A stretch of DNA of 64,000 nt, from positions 192,001 to 256,000 of the forward strand of contig CAXXFL010000005.1 of the NCBI GenBank assembly GCA_963674965.2, written 5' to 3'. The DNA comes from a bacterium. Its GTDB lineage: Bacteria > RBG-13-61-14 > DATKZS01. A program made the translations under genes and the position numbers. The notes under the pieces were generated by a model. The model was given only the letters and a program-made list of their open reading frames with translations, was not told where the DNA came from and ran no database searches. Of the stretch, positions 8,201-20,100 are shown in pieces; the first letter of the stretch is position 1, and the number at the start of each line of letters is the position of its first letter.

Positions 8201-10938
8201 AGGTGACCGCCTCGCAGCTCGATTCCTGGCTCGATCAGCTGCAGGGAGGAGACACGACCAACCCGAACGGCGTCGAGGCGCTGGTGGTTATCGACGCCTG
8301 CCACTCCGGGTCCTTCCTGGACGAGGTGGGTGGAGGCGGAAAGGACCGGATAATCGTCGCCTCGGCCGGGGCGGCAGAGACCTCATACTTCGCCGTGAAC
8401 GGGTCCATCAGCTTCAGCCAGTTCTTCTGGCAGCACGCCCGGTCGGGAAAGAGCGTGGGCGAGAGCTTCGCCAACGCTTCCCTTGCCCTGGCTTCCTGGT
8501 CCGACCAGACGCCCCAACTCGACGACAACGGCGACGGCGTCTATTCCACGTCCGGCGATAAGGACGGTGACGCGGCGGACGACTTCTATATTGGCGCTGA
8601 CTTCGTGACCGGCGCTCTTTTACCCGAGCTAATACCACCGGAGGACCTGGTCCTCTCGGGGGACAGCCTTTACCTTTCGGCCGAGGTTATTTACGTCCAG
8701 GACTATGAGGTGGCGGGCGTGTTCGCCATTGTCGCTCCACCCGGCTTCTCGCCGCCGCAAAGCCAGGGCTACTACGACAGCCCCCGCCTGGAGGACAACG
8801 ACGGGGCGCCCATCCCCCGCGTCTACCTCGAGGAGGGCCTGACCTCGGGCGTATGGGGCCACGAGTTCACCTCCTCCGAGATCGGGAACGTCTTCACCGT
8901 GAACGGCCGGTACACGGCCACCCTCTTCGCCATCGACCGGGACGGAAACGTGACCGCCTCGGCCGACGTGACTATTACCGTCTTCGGGCCGGACCAGTAT
9001 GAGGACGACGACGATCCGGCCTCGGGCTCGACCATCGTTTCCTACGCCGACTCGGCCCAGGCCCACAACTTCCACGACGCCGGGGACTCGGACTGGGCCA
9101 GGTTCGCGCTCGAGGCCGGAGAGGAAGGATACCATACCATCCTGACCGATAACCTGGCCGACAGGTGCGACACCGTGCTCGAGCTGTACGGAGACTCGGG
9201 CGGAGCGCCGGGGTCCATGCTGGCCTTTGACGACGACTCGGGATCGGCCGGGGGCGCCAGCCAGATTTATATCAATCTCGAAGCGGGTCTTTATTACGTC
9301 CACGTCTATCAGTACGGGAACACCGTCCACGGGGAGGACACGGAGTACGATCTGCGCGTGGACGACCCGGGCAAGGATTACGGAAGCATCGCCGGATACG
9401 TGACCGACTCGGTCACGGGCTTCGGCGTCCAGGGCGCCAACGTGATCGTGGTACTGGGAGGGCCTCCTCGCGTGACCACCACCGGCATGGGCGGATACTA
9501 CTCGATGCAAAACGTGCTGGCGGGGACCGGATACCCCTTCTACGTTCAAGCGGCCAATTTCGAGAACCACGCGAGCACCGTAACGGTCAATACCAACCAG
9601 ACCACCACCAAGAACGTGGTTTTGACCGCCAAGTCCAGCACCTCGGGCGTCCTGATGGGGACCCTCCACGAGAACGGAGTTCCCCGGCAGGGCGTGGACA
9701 TGGAAGTGAGCGGAAAATCCATCCGCTCCGAGCAAGGCGGGCATTACTCGATCCGGCTGGCGCCGGGAACCAACCATTACGTGTACGTCAACTGGCCCGG
9801 CAATGAGCCCTACCTGCAAGAGAACATCGCGGTGACGGCGGGAGACACCACGGTCCACGACGTGTACCTCGCCTCGGCCGACTCGGACGGCGACGGACTC
9901 GCGGACGCCGACGAGGACGCGGCCTGCACCGACGCGGCCCTTCCCGACACCGACGGCGACGGGCTTTGCGACGGAAATACAACCGTGCAGGAAGGCTCCA
10001 CCGTTTATTGCCTGGCCGGCGAGGACATGGACCTAAACGGAGAGGTGGGCGCCGGCGAGAGCGATCCCTGCCTGGCCGACACCGACTCCGACGGCGTGGA
10101 CGACGGGGACGAGGTCCTTATTCATGGCTCGGACCCCTCATACTGGGACAGCGACGGCGACGGCCTGCCCGACGGTTTCGAGCTCGATAACTCGACCGGC
10201 CACGCCGACAACCTGGACCTGATGGACTCATCGGACGGCTGCCCGGCGGACTTCGACGGCGACGGCAACGAGAACTGCCACGAGTATTACAACGGCGGAG
10301 ATATCTGGGAGGAGGACGTCCTGGGCGGGGCCGCCTGCTTTAGCTGGGCCGACTCGGGCAACACCACCACCGCCGACGGGCTGGTGTCTCCTCTCGATCT
10401 CAGCGCCCTCACCTCCAGGATTGCATTGAAGCCGGTCAGCTATACCGGCGTCCTACCGCCCAACGGCGACACCCAGGAACTGGATATGGACCAGGTGTGC
10501 TCGGCGCTGGACCTCGCCATCCTCAAGCAGATGGTCAACAACCTGGCCATAGCGAGCAACCCCAGCGAGCCCGACAACCTCGAGCTGGTGGGAGACTCGG
10601 TTATAAGCGCCGAGGTGGGCTCCACCGTCCGGATCGAGGTGGGCGTGGCCAATTCCTATCCCAGCTACACCGCCGGCATTGGGATCGTCTTCTCCATTAA
10701 CGCCCCGTCCTCCACCGGGTCCGCTCGCCTGATGGGGGGTGAGGGCCAATATGGAGAAGGTCGGTACGACGTGTCCGGGGCCATCGCCTCGGGAGGAAGG
10801 TCAAGCGTGGTGGTCCTCATCGACTCCGCCGGGACCGTCGTGATCGACGCTCTCCTGCCCGAGTGCGGGACCGGCGGACATGGCCGCGCCTGTCCGGAGA
10901 TAAACGTAACGCCGCTCGTCACCATCGTCGGCGAGTAG
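2257..10938 (+). CDS. Giant secreted multidomain protein A: signal peptide, TSP3-like DxDGDG repeats, IPT/TIG, two FG-GAP propellers, Ig/Fn3-like domains, C13/caspase-like cysteine peptidase, PPC-like, CarboxypepD_reg-like, dockerin-like C-terminus
   Basis: 2893-aa ORF with a GGAGG RBS before GTG. Hydrophobic N-terminus ending SLA-Q. Many GDxNGDGxxDxxVG motifs. LYMLDHG (His codon about 8146) and IDACHSGSF (Cys codon about 8299). Confidence 0.85.
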   Translation: MNPRFLGFALVALMALVFPLSSLAQDSDGDGMPDWWENTYFCVNVSVADSLGDPDMDELANMGEYLQSTNPCSADSDFDQMPDGWEVDNGLNPNGNDASGDPDSDQFTNLQEYNAGSDPQDPGSFPLPVITSIVPETIEAGSTATIDIYGANFNAGARILFGEGVIFDGDTVLGSGHMQAQIEIEEDAPVGFITVKALNETPYPAMGPVYINKLYVTRLGMSVTLSLEGPESAGEWEFGMVVSDIGNVDGDSYSDVLVGRSQTAFASVYSGVDGSLIYSLSDYNWGEGKAAASLGDIDGDGRDDFAVDDGQTVVVYSGIDGDTINAFQLEDANHHFLSLESIEDMNSDGKRDLLVGNYAWNFPYQSYLYGKVYAYDVDPSNGDTLLDSYRPWYGGVEFFGWDVTSISRAGRDDVVVGAIHDQQDTKMDQCGAIHVMAGLDGATLLEMAGDTAYRLLGYSVAGIEDLDGDSVGDFIAGGPGNYDLSNLESHVYVFSGADGSTILDIVGEGGQGSFGMAVDAIGDLNGDGKQDIAVGCRFCQTPQKEPAGGVYFYSGADGSLLYASYGLSDESWFGYDVANGGDIDGDGNDDLIVGAPRDAPGGKVHVLAKDTDGDGLTDGKESLFGTNANHPDTDHDGMTDYYEYVSGLNPLVDDAALDLDGDSITNLDEFLFGSNASMVDTDSDGISDLVEYTWSRWGAGGSPATRDSDGDGIIDPIDNCSNYNPDQADADDDGIGDLCDEGGYYYSKSGAAFGDWFGYCIGGGGDVNKDGVNDYIISAQKARIVDQDSGRAYVFSGLDGETLFQIDGDTAFARAGFFESAAILGDLNGDGYDDFAVGHGSIGAGPAEQGYSVFYSGFDGSTLDINGQSGDYFGSQITPLGDVDGDGIPDAVIGTRSAYIHFFSGYDRVNYWLMQFLDGRRFGWDMANAGDVDGDDFNDFVISYQDKLYVNDYLAAYSTGDYSQIFLKEFTDLDLVHVDGLGDVDGDGRSDLLADLESYINAYSGRDGSTIFSIDSTPSSTHYTIGVGDLNHDGYKDIAHVNGDNGHIFIYSGLDGETLDMKTVGAIDHDTVSIGAPGDLNGDGKSDFIVGAAGPQIGKAYVFLADALDVDQDGMPNGYEDRNGLDKNDPGDRLLDPDGDGFANVQEFFMFTPAGVANDSLPDSDGDGLPDVWELHLGTGMTAYDALSDPDGDGIVNLAEYANGTYPRVSNYDMNDKDADGLADLWEILMGIDPSTSNAFNDHDGDGQPNVIEYQRGSDPLAAEPVPASECWCQGCAFHQGALYSSTISLEFGYSVDNPFAELVLYASYNQGVYSPSYIVPSADPDGLGGTFSFVSGYGDGRHDFYTSAALSFFLMELPPPTPDLTVIIDRQAPDASVVSPTPLFSDGATVSIYFTSVDANDGDPSNRLWYRYEGGAWQDTGMTLGGTSGSFQFDPGDGDGDYDFTLTATDFLGNADPSPNSSPPASFWTMTVDTSAPASFAVFDGLVPGADQDYSVDSSALAANWTASSPPPPAGLDRYDWALGTAPYPSSGWDEVMGWTDDYVVDGGSYLYVSCNQITCPGVQFLEGETYYFSVRAVSGSGVETLALSDGIKIDSEAPVIDYSSPAHRELIFGQLVGSDVILSALSASVHLDDGSGSGLDWDTLEITLDFDSVSGTTVGDTVSFSGSDLYQGNHVINVQVSDLAGNDLNRNVIFTVEDPRRVIVNPTLAEWVPGDGPIAFTADGGTGGYRWVATGGSLDSVTAEEVSYTPGGDPGAYLVAVSDSRLTSAQATVVLRGEVSVSPALARLNHGDTLTFLADGGTGVFQWTAAGGSCYLSGDRNEACLFTAGVTDGEYSIRAQEQGGNSFTSRLVIVGSVGRAVIVVGGGLADSNGQVEASNQMGHYVYETLLARGFSPEQIMYLNPDPTQLYDGNGDGFSDDVDGEPTPASLQNAIVTWASTAQGPNAPPVGPGAPLVLYMLDHGADDSFLINFDASGMGQEVTASQLDSWLDQLQGGDTTNPNGVEALVVIDACHSGSFLDEVGGGGKDRIIVASAGAAETSYFAVNGSISFSQFFWQHARSGKSVGESFANASLALASWSDQTPQLDDNGDGVYSTSGDKDGDAADDFYIGADFVTGALLPELIPPEDLVLSGDSLYLSAEVIYVQDYEVAGVFAIVAPPGFSPPQSQGYYDSPRLEDNDGAPIPRVYLEEGLTSGVWGHEFTSSEIGNVFTVNGRYTATLFAIDRDGNVTASADVTITVFGPDQYEDDDDPASGSTIVSYADSAQAHNFHDAGDSDWARFALEAGEEGYHTILTDNLADRCDTVLELYGDSGGAPGSMLAFDDDSGSAGGASQIYINLEAGLYYVHVYQYGNTVHGEDTEYDLRVDDPGKDYGSIAGYVTDSVTGFGVQGANVIVVLGGPPRVTTTGMGGYYSMQNVLAGTGYPFYVQAANFENHASTVTVNTNQTTTKNVVLTAKSSTSGVLMGTLHENGVPRQGVDMEVSGKSIRSEQGGHYSIRLAPGTNHYVYVNWPGNEPYLQENIAVTAGDTTVHDVYLASADSDGDGLADADEDAACTDAALPDTDGDGLCDGNTTVQEGSTVYCLAGEDMDLNGEVGAGESDPCLADTDSDGVDDGDEVLIHGSDPSYWDSDGDGLPDGFELDNSTGHADNLDLMDSSDGCPADFDGDGNENCHEYYNGGDIWEEDVLGGAACFSWADSGNTTTADGLVSPLDLSALTSRIALKPVSYTGVLPPNGDTQELDMDQVCSALDLAILKQMVNNLAIASNPSEPDNLELVGDSVISAEVGSTVRIEVGVANSYPSYTAGIGIVFSINAPSSTGSARLMGGEGQYGEGRYDVSGAIASGGRSSVVVLIDSAGTVVIDALLPECGTGGHGRACPEINVTPLVTIVGE

Positions 10939-11114
10939 CTTATTAAATAGGAATGAGCGGAAAAGGCGCTTCATATCGAGGCGCCTTACGCCGCTTGCGC
11001 CGGGGGAGCCAGGCTGTATATTCATATTATCGGCCGGCGATACCTCATTAATTGAAGATATGAAAGCAGGGTAATCTGGGCAATCACTGATATGCAGCCA
11101 TAAAGGGGCCTGTC

Positions 11115-14100
11115 ATGAAATTCCGCACCGTTCGTATGTTGGCGCTTATTCTCCTCGTTAGCTCGTCCATCGGATGCCTCGAGATCATCGGCGTGGACCA
11201 GCCGGAACAAGTCGCCATGTACGGGGCCTTCGAGGTCACCGTGTCCTTCAGCTCCACCATAAGCGCCAATGGTACCAAGTTCGGCGCCGTCAAGGTCCCC
11301 AACCAGTTCTACGTGAACCAGGTGACTTATTGCGGGGGCGTGACCCTTGCCTACAGTTCCTCCATCGAGTCCATGCTCGAGGCCGGCTATCCCTCCGGAG
11401 ACGATTATTTCTGGTGGGCCGGGGTGTCCTACGCCGAAACCGCCACCGGTCCCTGCGACGCCGTCATCGAGATATTCTCCGGTGACACCGTGGCGGACTA
11501 CGAGCTCGATTACCGCGTGGGTTACTATCGAACGGGACTGGTCGTCACGGACTCCGAGCTCGAGGTGCCCGTCCACGTCTTCCGCGACAACGACTACGAC
11601 GGCATGGACGACGAGTGGGAAGACCTGCACTGGTGCGTCTACTCCACTTATGACGACTCCATGAGCGATCCCGATTGGGACGACCTGACCAATATCGAGG
11701 AGTTCATGGTCTCATACTCGATGGACCCCTGCTTTTACGACACCGACGGCGACGGACTCGACGACGGGGACGAGGTTGACATGTACTTCACCAATCCCGT
11801 CGATCCCGACACCGACGGCGACGGACTCGAGGACGGCTACGAGATATTTTCCTCCTATACCTATCCCGACGATCCCGACTCGGACGACGACTCCATGACC
11901 GACGGCTGGGAGGACGCCTACTACTGCGTCAATCCCATGTACTCCGACTCGACCATGAACCCCGACGGCGACGGGGCGCTGAACGGGGCCGAGTACAGGC
12001 ACGGCACCAACCCCTGCGTCTACGACGACGCCGACGGCGACGGAATGCCCGACGATTACGAGAACGCCCACGCCTGCCTCAACGTCAATATACCGGACGC
12101 CGCCTGGGACATGGACGGCGACGGCCTTACCAACGGCGAGGAATACGGACTAAGCACCAACCCCTGCTCTCCCGACACCGACGGAGACGGGCTCCAGGAC
12201 CTCTTCGAGGTGTACATCTATCAGACCAACCCCAACGATATCGACACCGACGGGGAGGGACTGACCGACCTGGTCGAGATATATATCAGCGACAGCGAGC
12301 CCACCATGCCCGACTCCGACGGCGACGGGCTATCCGACGCCTTCGAGGTCGGCGTCATTGTCGGGACCGGACCCAACCGCGTCCTCGATACCGTCCCCGC
12401 CGGAGACGATGAATCCGAGTACGAAGCCATCTGGGTCGGGACCGACCTCAGCCCCGGCACCACCGCCGCCGCAGACGACCTCCAGATAATCCCCAGGTTC
12501 CCCTCTTATCCGAGACTGTTCATCACCGACCCCATGGACCCCGACTCCGACGGCGATGGCATCGACGACAGGATCGAGGTGGAATGGGGGGCCAATCCCA
12601 ACGACGACTCCATCACCCCGGCCCTCGGCATGGTAGGAGGATCGGACAAGGTCGTCACGGTGGCATCCTCGCTGTACGACAATGACCCCGTACGACTCGA
12701 GTGGACCGGCTCCGAGTACGGAATGGCCTTCGGAAATTATTTCTACCGACTCGATGAGGAAGGAAACGATATCCAAAGCGTCTGGATTTCGGGCGAGAGG
12801 CTCGACGTCGCGTGGACCGGAAGCGAGTTCGGAATAATATACTCCGACGATTATTACGACGAGCTATCATTCATCAGGGTCACGGCCGGAGGAACCGAGC
12901 TTTGGCCCGAGACCAGGCTCTCCTACAACGGATACACCGAATACGACCCCAAAATTGAATGGAACGGGTCCGAGTTCGGCGTCATCTGGCTCGAGGGAAA
13001 TTTTGAAGGACTCTTCTTCACGAGAGTTAGTTATGACGGAAGCCAGATCGGCGGAGCCGTTAAAGTCGTTGACGATTACTCGGATGTTTTCGATATCGAG
13101 TGGGCCGACTCGGTATACGGCGTGGCCTGGGAGGACTTCAGACACGATAGCGACGGAAGTTGCGGAGGGCAAAGCCCGGACTGTAACAACGAAATTTATT
13201 TCCGCAAAATTACCGCCCAAGGAGACACCATAGGAAGCGAGACAAGGTTGTCCTTCAGCGTCGAGAACTCCATGGGCCCGGACCTGGTCTGGAACGGGAC
13301 CGACTTCGGCGTGGCCTTCGAGGAGGAACTGGGAGACTCGGAGATCATGTTCGCCAGGGTCCAGATGGACGGAGGGACACTGGGGCAGCCTGAAAGAATT
13401 ACCTACGTTAACGACTATTCAACCAGGCCCAGGCTGGAATGGAACGGCAGCGTCTACGGCCTCTCCTGGCAGGATACCAGAAGCTCGGTCAACGAAATTT
13501 ATTTCAATTACCTCTCGCCCGCCGGCGACGCCATCGGGATGGACGCCAGGATTTCCTTTACCGGCGCCATGTCGAACCCATCCGGAATCGCCTGGAACGG
13601 GAACAAGTTCGCCATGGCCTGGAAGGACTCTTATACCGAGTTCTACTACGCCGTCGTGCCCGAGGAATCCGACGGCGACGGCATATTGGACTCCATCGAG
13701 GAGGGGACATGCACCGACGTCCTCAATTTCGACTCCGACTTCGACGGCATATCAGACGGCATCGAGGACGCCAATCATGACGGCGTTAAACAAAGCTCGG
13801 AAATAGACCCCTGCGACCCCGACACCGACGGCGACGGCCTCTGCGACGGCAACATGACCATCGCCGGCGTATGCGACGCCGGAGAGGACCAAAATGGCAA
13901 CGGAATAGTCGACTCCGGCGAGACCGACCCCAACGACCCCGACACCGACGGCGACGGAATCGACGACTGGGAGGAAATATTCCCCGGCGACGACGGCTAC
14001 GTCACCAACCCCCTATCCACCGATACCGACGGCGATTCCTATTCCGACGACCTCGAGATCGATAAGGGGTCCAGCCCCAGCGACCCGGACAGCCATCCTC

Positions 14101-17100
14101 GCTTCGGTAAAATACTGGATAATATCGAGGTCGTGGACACGGTCATGGGCAATCACGCTCTTGCCTATGGAACCACATCCTTCGCCCTCGTCTGGAATAA
14201 CGGGCTGGCCCTTTACATGGATATTCTCGATCCCGCCGGAGTTACTCTGGACCCGAATAATCTGATCACCAGCGATTCCTGCGCCGGCCCCGATATCGTC
14301 TGGACGGGGTCCAAGTACGGAGTCGCCTATCAAAACTATGACTCGACCAATTCGATTGTTTTGATGAAAGCACTGAATCCGGATGGCTCGGGAGGGGGCG
14401 GAAAGGGTTTCACCGTGTCCTCCGTGGGCAGCTACTATAACTTGCCGACCCTGGACTGGAGCGGGTCCGAATACGGCGTCACCTGGCCCGACGACAGATA
14501 TGCAAATAACGAAATATTTTTCCAGCGCATGACCGCTTCCCTTACAAAAACCGGGGCCGCCGTGAGGATATCTTCCAACTCGGAGGACTCGAAAAGACCC
14601 GATATCGCATGGAGCGGCTCCGAGTATGGCGTCGCCTGGGACGACTACAGGGACGGAAACGCGGAAATCTACTTCAGGATCGTCGGACCCGCGGGAAGCC
14701 TCGTTACGCCTGAAACGAGACTTACCTTCAACTCCAGCTATTCCTACAGGCCCAAGGTAGCCTGGAACGGCTCCGAATACGGCATTACCTGGTACGACTA
14801 TCGTGACGTCGGGACCTGCAGCGAGACTTACTTCACCAGGGTAAGCGCGGGCGGGACCCAACTCCAGGCCAATCAAAGGATTTCCTACAACGGCGGCTGC
14901 TCGTGGGGACAGGATATCGTCTGGAGCGGAAGCGAATATGGGCTCGCCTGGTACCAGCCCATGGACGGTTACGATGAAATCTTCTTCACCCGGATATCCG
15001 AGGACGGCGATACCATCATTCCCGAGTTCAGGGTCACCTACTCTAACGAGGTCCATCAAATCAACCCGAAAATATCCTATGGAGCCGGCGTGTACGGCGT
15101 CGCCTGGATGATCAACACGGGAAAAGGATATTCAACCATCTTTTATACCGCCATCGGACCCGACGACGACGGCGACGGAATATATAACATACTCGAGGAC
15201 GGCTTCTCCACCGACGTGAACGACTGGGACACCGACGACGACGGTCTGTCCGACCAGGAGGAAATATGTTACGACGACGACTGCGACTCGTTCAATCCCG
15301 CCATCGAGCCGAACCCGACGCTGTACGACACCGACTCCGACGGCATATCGGACTACGATGAGGTAACCCTGTACTTCACAAGCCCAACAAGAGTTGACAC
15401 CGACGGCGACGGAATGCCCGACCTATGGGAAATTCAAAACAACCTCTCGCCTATCGCGCCCAACGGTGGAGGAGACGCCGACATTGACGGGCTGTCCAAC
15501 CTGAACGAATACCTAGCCGGGACCGATCCCAACGACCCCGACACCGACGGCGACGGCATGGACGACGATTGGGAAGTGCTCTACGGCGGGACCGCCGGAT
15601 GCATGATGGCCACCACCGTCGACGACGGACTCGACTATGATGGCGACGGCCTCATCAACCAGTTCGAGCACGACCAGGATCGCGACCCGTGCACCTATGA
15701 AACTCTGCCCTCATCGTCGTGCTACTCCGGCGTCTCCATGACCAACGCCGACACCATCGGGCTGGACTTCACCTGCACCGATCCCTATTCCATCACCTTC
15801 CTGAAGGTATCCTATGAAGGAGGACCATTCCTCAACGCCGGACTTTACGCCGAGAATCAAACCTCGGGCCGCTTCGTCTACACCTTTAATCAAGGCGACG
15901 GAAGATACCGCTTCTATACCATCGCCTCCATTACCGTCTTCCTCACCGAGGAACCGCCCGTTCTTCCTCCATACGACGTCATGGTGACCGTCGACAAAAC
16001 CACGCCCATTTCCTACGTGAGCGCGGCTCCTTCTTTCGCGCCGGACGAGACCTTTCCGATCGAGTTCCTGTGCGACGACCTCGAGGCCCAGTCGCGCCTG
16101 TATTACCGCAAGGACGGCGGGGGGTGGACGAACTCGGGTCTGGGGCTGTTGGCGGGGGACTCGGGGACTTTCAGCTTCACGCCGGCGGGCGAGGGGACTT
16201 ACGATTTTTATACCATCGCCGGCGACCCGGCGGGGAACATCGAGGACCCGCCCACCTTCCCCGACAAGGACGCCACCACCGTGGTCGACGACTCGCCGCC
16301 CGCCGTTCCGGTCGTGACCGACGACGGGACTTATACGGGTTACACCGACCGCTTCCACGCGACGTGGACGTGCGGGGGCGACAGCGTTTCGGGCGTTGTC
16401 CAGTATGACTACGCGATCGGTTCGTCGGCGGGGGCGACGGACGTGGTGGGGTGGACGGACAACGCCACGCTGACGGAGGTGACCAGGTTCGGGCTCGAGC
16501 TCGAGGACGGGTCGAGTTACTTTATCGGGGTGAGGGCCGTTAACGGGGCGGGTCTCGTGAGCGTGGGGTGGTCCGATGGGATACTGGTGGACTCGAGGGG
16601 GCCGGAGATCGCCTGGTCGTCGCCGGCGCATCGGGAGATCGTGAACGACGACATGCCGCCCGTGGACTTGCCGGTCAGTATAAACTTCATCGACCCGGGC
16701 GGGGCGGGGATCGACTGGGCGAGCCTCGAGATGGTGCTCGACTTCAGCACCGTGCAGAGCTTCAGCCAGGACGGGGACACGGTGAGCTTCGACGCGCTGG
16801 CCCTCGACCTGGGCAACCACGTGGTGAACGTGCAGGTCGCGGACCTGGCGGGGAACGGTCTTAACCGGAACGTCATCTTCGTGGTCGAGGACCCGCGGCG
16901 GGTGATAATCAATCCGGTATACGTGGAATGGGGACCGGGCGACGGGGACGTGACCTTCGTGGCCGACGGCGGCACCGGCGCTTATCGGTGGGCGGCGACT
17001 GGCGGGGCGCTCGATTCCTTCACCGGGACCGAGGTGGTCTTCACGCCGGGCCCCGAGGCGGGGGCCTACGTGGTGGCGGTTTCTGACGCCAAGCTGGTGA

Positions 17101-20100
17101 GCGCGCAGGCGACGATCATCATCTCTGGCGAGGTCGAGGTGGCCCCGGCGGTGGTCCGCCTGAGCGCGGGCTCGGCGGCGACCTTCACCGCCTCGGGCGG
17201 TAGCGGCGACTTCAGTTGGACGGTCAACGGCGGCTCGTGCGTATTGTCGGGCGAGCGCGATGAAACGTGTTCGTATACGGCCTTCGAGTCGAGCGGGCAG
17301 TACTCGGTGAAGGCGCAGGCGGGCTCGGGCGAGAGCTTCACCAGCCGCGTGATCGTCACCGATCCGGTGGGCCGGGCCATCGTGGTGGTGGGCGGCGGCC
17401 TGGTGGACTCGAACCGTCAGGTCGAGGCTCTGAACTCCCTTGGCCACCTCGCCTACGAGACCCTTTTGGCTCGCGGCTTCGAGCCGGACCAGATCATGTA
17501 CCTCAATCCCGACGCGACCCAGGCCTACGACGGCGACGGCGACGGCTACGCCGACGACGTGGACGGCGCGCCCACCCCGGCCGCTCTGCAGGCGGCCATC
17601 CTGGATTGGGCCACCGCCGACCTGGGGGTGGACAACCCGGGCGTGGGTCCGGGCGTGCCTTTAATAATTTATATGGTCGATCACGGGGGCGACGACTCGT
17701 TCCTCATCAACTTCACGGCCGCGGGCGCGGGCCAGGAGGTGACCCCCACCCAGCTCGACTCGTGGATCGACGCGGTGCAGGGGGGCGACACCTCGAACCC
17801 GAACGGGGTAGACGTGGTGGTGATTTACGACGCCTGCCGGTCGGGCAGCTTCCTGGACGAGGTGGGCGGCGGCGGTTCCGACCGTATCGTGATCACCAGC
17901 TCGGCGTCCTCGGAGAGCGCATACTTTGGCGTATCGGGCACGATCAGCTTCAGCCAGTTTTTCTGGCAGCGGGTCCGGACGGGCGCCACTCTCAAGTCGG
18001 CCTTCAACGACGCGGCGGCGGCGCTGGCCACCTGGGCCACGCAGACGCCGTGGCTGGACGACAACGGGAGCGGGACTTACGCGGCCACCGGCGACGGCAA
18101 GGACGGCGACGTTGCGGACCTTTTCGTGGTGGGCGCGGACTTCGTGACCGGCGCGGTGCTTCCCGAGCTGACACCTCGCGGCGACGCGCTGCTCGAGGGC
18201 GACAGCCTGGATATTTACTCGGGCATACTTTACGCCAGCTCGAGCGAGATATCGGCCATGTTCGCCATTTTGACGCCGCCTGGCTTCTCACCTCCCCAGT
18301 CGGAGGGCAACTTCGACACGCCCTGGCTGGAGGACGAGGAGGGCAATCCCCTGCCTCGCGTTTACCTCGAGTACTCGAGCGCGACGGACGACTGGCGGCG
18401 TCGGCTGGACTCGGCCGAGCTGGCCGAGCTGTTCACGGTCAACGGCCGATATACTGCCACGTTATACGCGATCGATCTCGAGGGCCGGGTGACGGCGGCG
18501 GCGGAGTTCTCGATCACGGTGTTCGGCCCGGACCCTTACGAGGACGACGACTGGTGGAGCTCCGGCTCGAGCGTCGAGGTTAACTCGAGCTCGGCGCAGG
18601 CCCACAACTTCCACGACTCGGGCGACCGTGACTGGGTGAAGTTCTCCGTGGCCTTTGGGGACACGGGATATTACTCGGTGTATACGGAAAACCTGGCGGA
18701 CCGCTGCGACACGGTGATCGAGCTTTACGGCTACTCGGTGGCCGGCTCGACGGTGGTCCCCATCGCGTTCGACGACGACTCGGGCCAGGACGGCGGCGGC
18801 TCGAGCCGTATTTTCATGTACCTGTCCGAGGGTCTTTATTACGCTGAAGTATATCAATACGGCGACACTATCGGGGGCCAGGACACGGAGTACGACCTCC
18901 GGGTGGACCACGACGAGGGCGACTACGGCTCGGTCGAGGGCTACGTGACGGACTCGGTGACGGGCTTCGGGGTGCAGGGCGCGAACGTTATCGTGATATT
19001 GGGCGGTCCTCCCCGCGTGGCCACCACCGGGGCGGGCGGCTACTACAAGCTCTCGAGCCTTCTGGCGGGCTCGGGATATCCCATGCAGGTGCAGGCGGCG
19101 AACTTCACCACCTGGTCGGGGACGGTGAACGTTGGCGTGAACCAGACCACCAGGAAGGACGTGGTGCTGGCGGCGAAGACCGGCACCTCGGGCGTGCTGA
19201 TGGGCCACGTTTACGGTCACGGCGGCGCGCCGCTTGTCGGCGTTGGGCTCGAGGTCTCGGGCAAGTCCGTTGTGAGCGAGGCGGGCGGCCTGTACTCGAT
19301 CCGCCTGGCCCCGGGCGCGGCCTACGTTTATTCGAGCTGGCCGGGCTACGAGCCGTATCTCGAGGAGGGTCTTATGGTGGCGGCCGGCGATACCACGGTG
19401 CATGAGGTGTCGCTCGAGCCGGTGGACACTGACGGCGACGGCCTTCCGGACTGGATCGAGACCTCGGGCTGCACTGACGAGACCGAGGCGGACTCGGACG
19501 GCGACGGCTTATGCGACGGCGATACCGCGGTGTATGACGGCGCGACTCTCGTCTGCTCGGCGGGCGAGGACCTCGATCTTGACGGCGAGGTCGGGGCCTC
19601 GGAGACCGACCCCTGCGACGACGACTCGGACGGCGACCTCCTCGGCGACGGCGACGAGGCGCTGACTTACGGCACGGACCCTCTCGAGACGGACACGGAC
19701 TCGGACGGCCTCGGCGACCGCCTCGAGGCGGTGGTCGTAAGCTGCCTCGATCCGACTGACGACGACACGGACGACGACGGCCTTCTGGACGGAACGTCGA
19801 GCGGCGAGGACAAGGACGGCGACGGGGTTGTTGACGCGACGGAGACGAGCCCTTGCCTTTTTGATACGGACACGGATACGCTGGGCGACGGCGCCGAGGT
19901 GACGGTATACGGCACGGACCCGCTCGAGGTTGACACGGACTCGGACGGCCTGAGCGACGGGCTCGAGGTACCCTGGTGCACGTCGCCCACGGACGAGGAC
20001 AGCGACGGTGACGGGCTTCTGGACGGCACGCCGAGCGGGGAGGACAAGGACGGCGACGGGGTGGTGGACGCCACCGAGACCAACCCCTGCGCCTTTGACA

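Noticed and set aside
10965-10996. Hairpin between the two giant genes as an intrinsic terminator
   Set aside because: A stem (AGGCGCTTC/GAGGCGCCT) is present but there is no U-tract on the plus strand, so its function cannot be supported.
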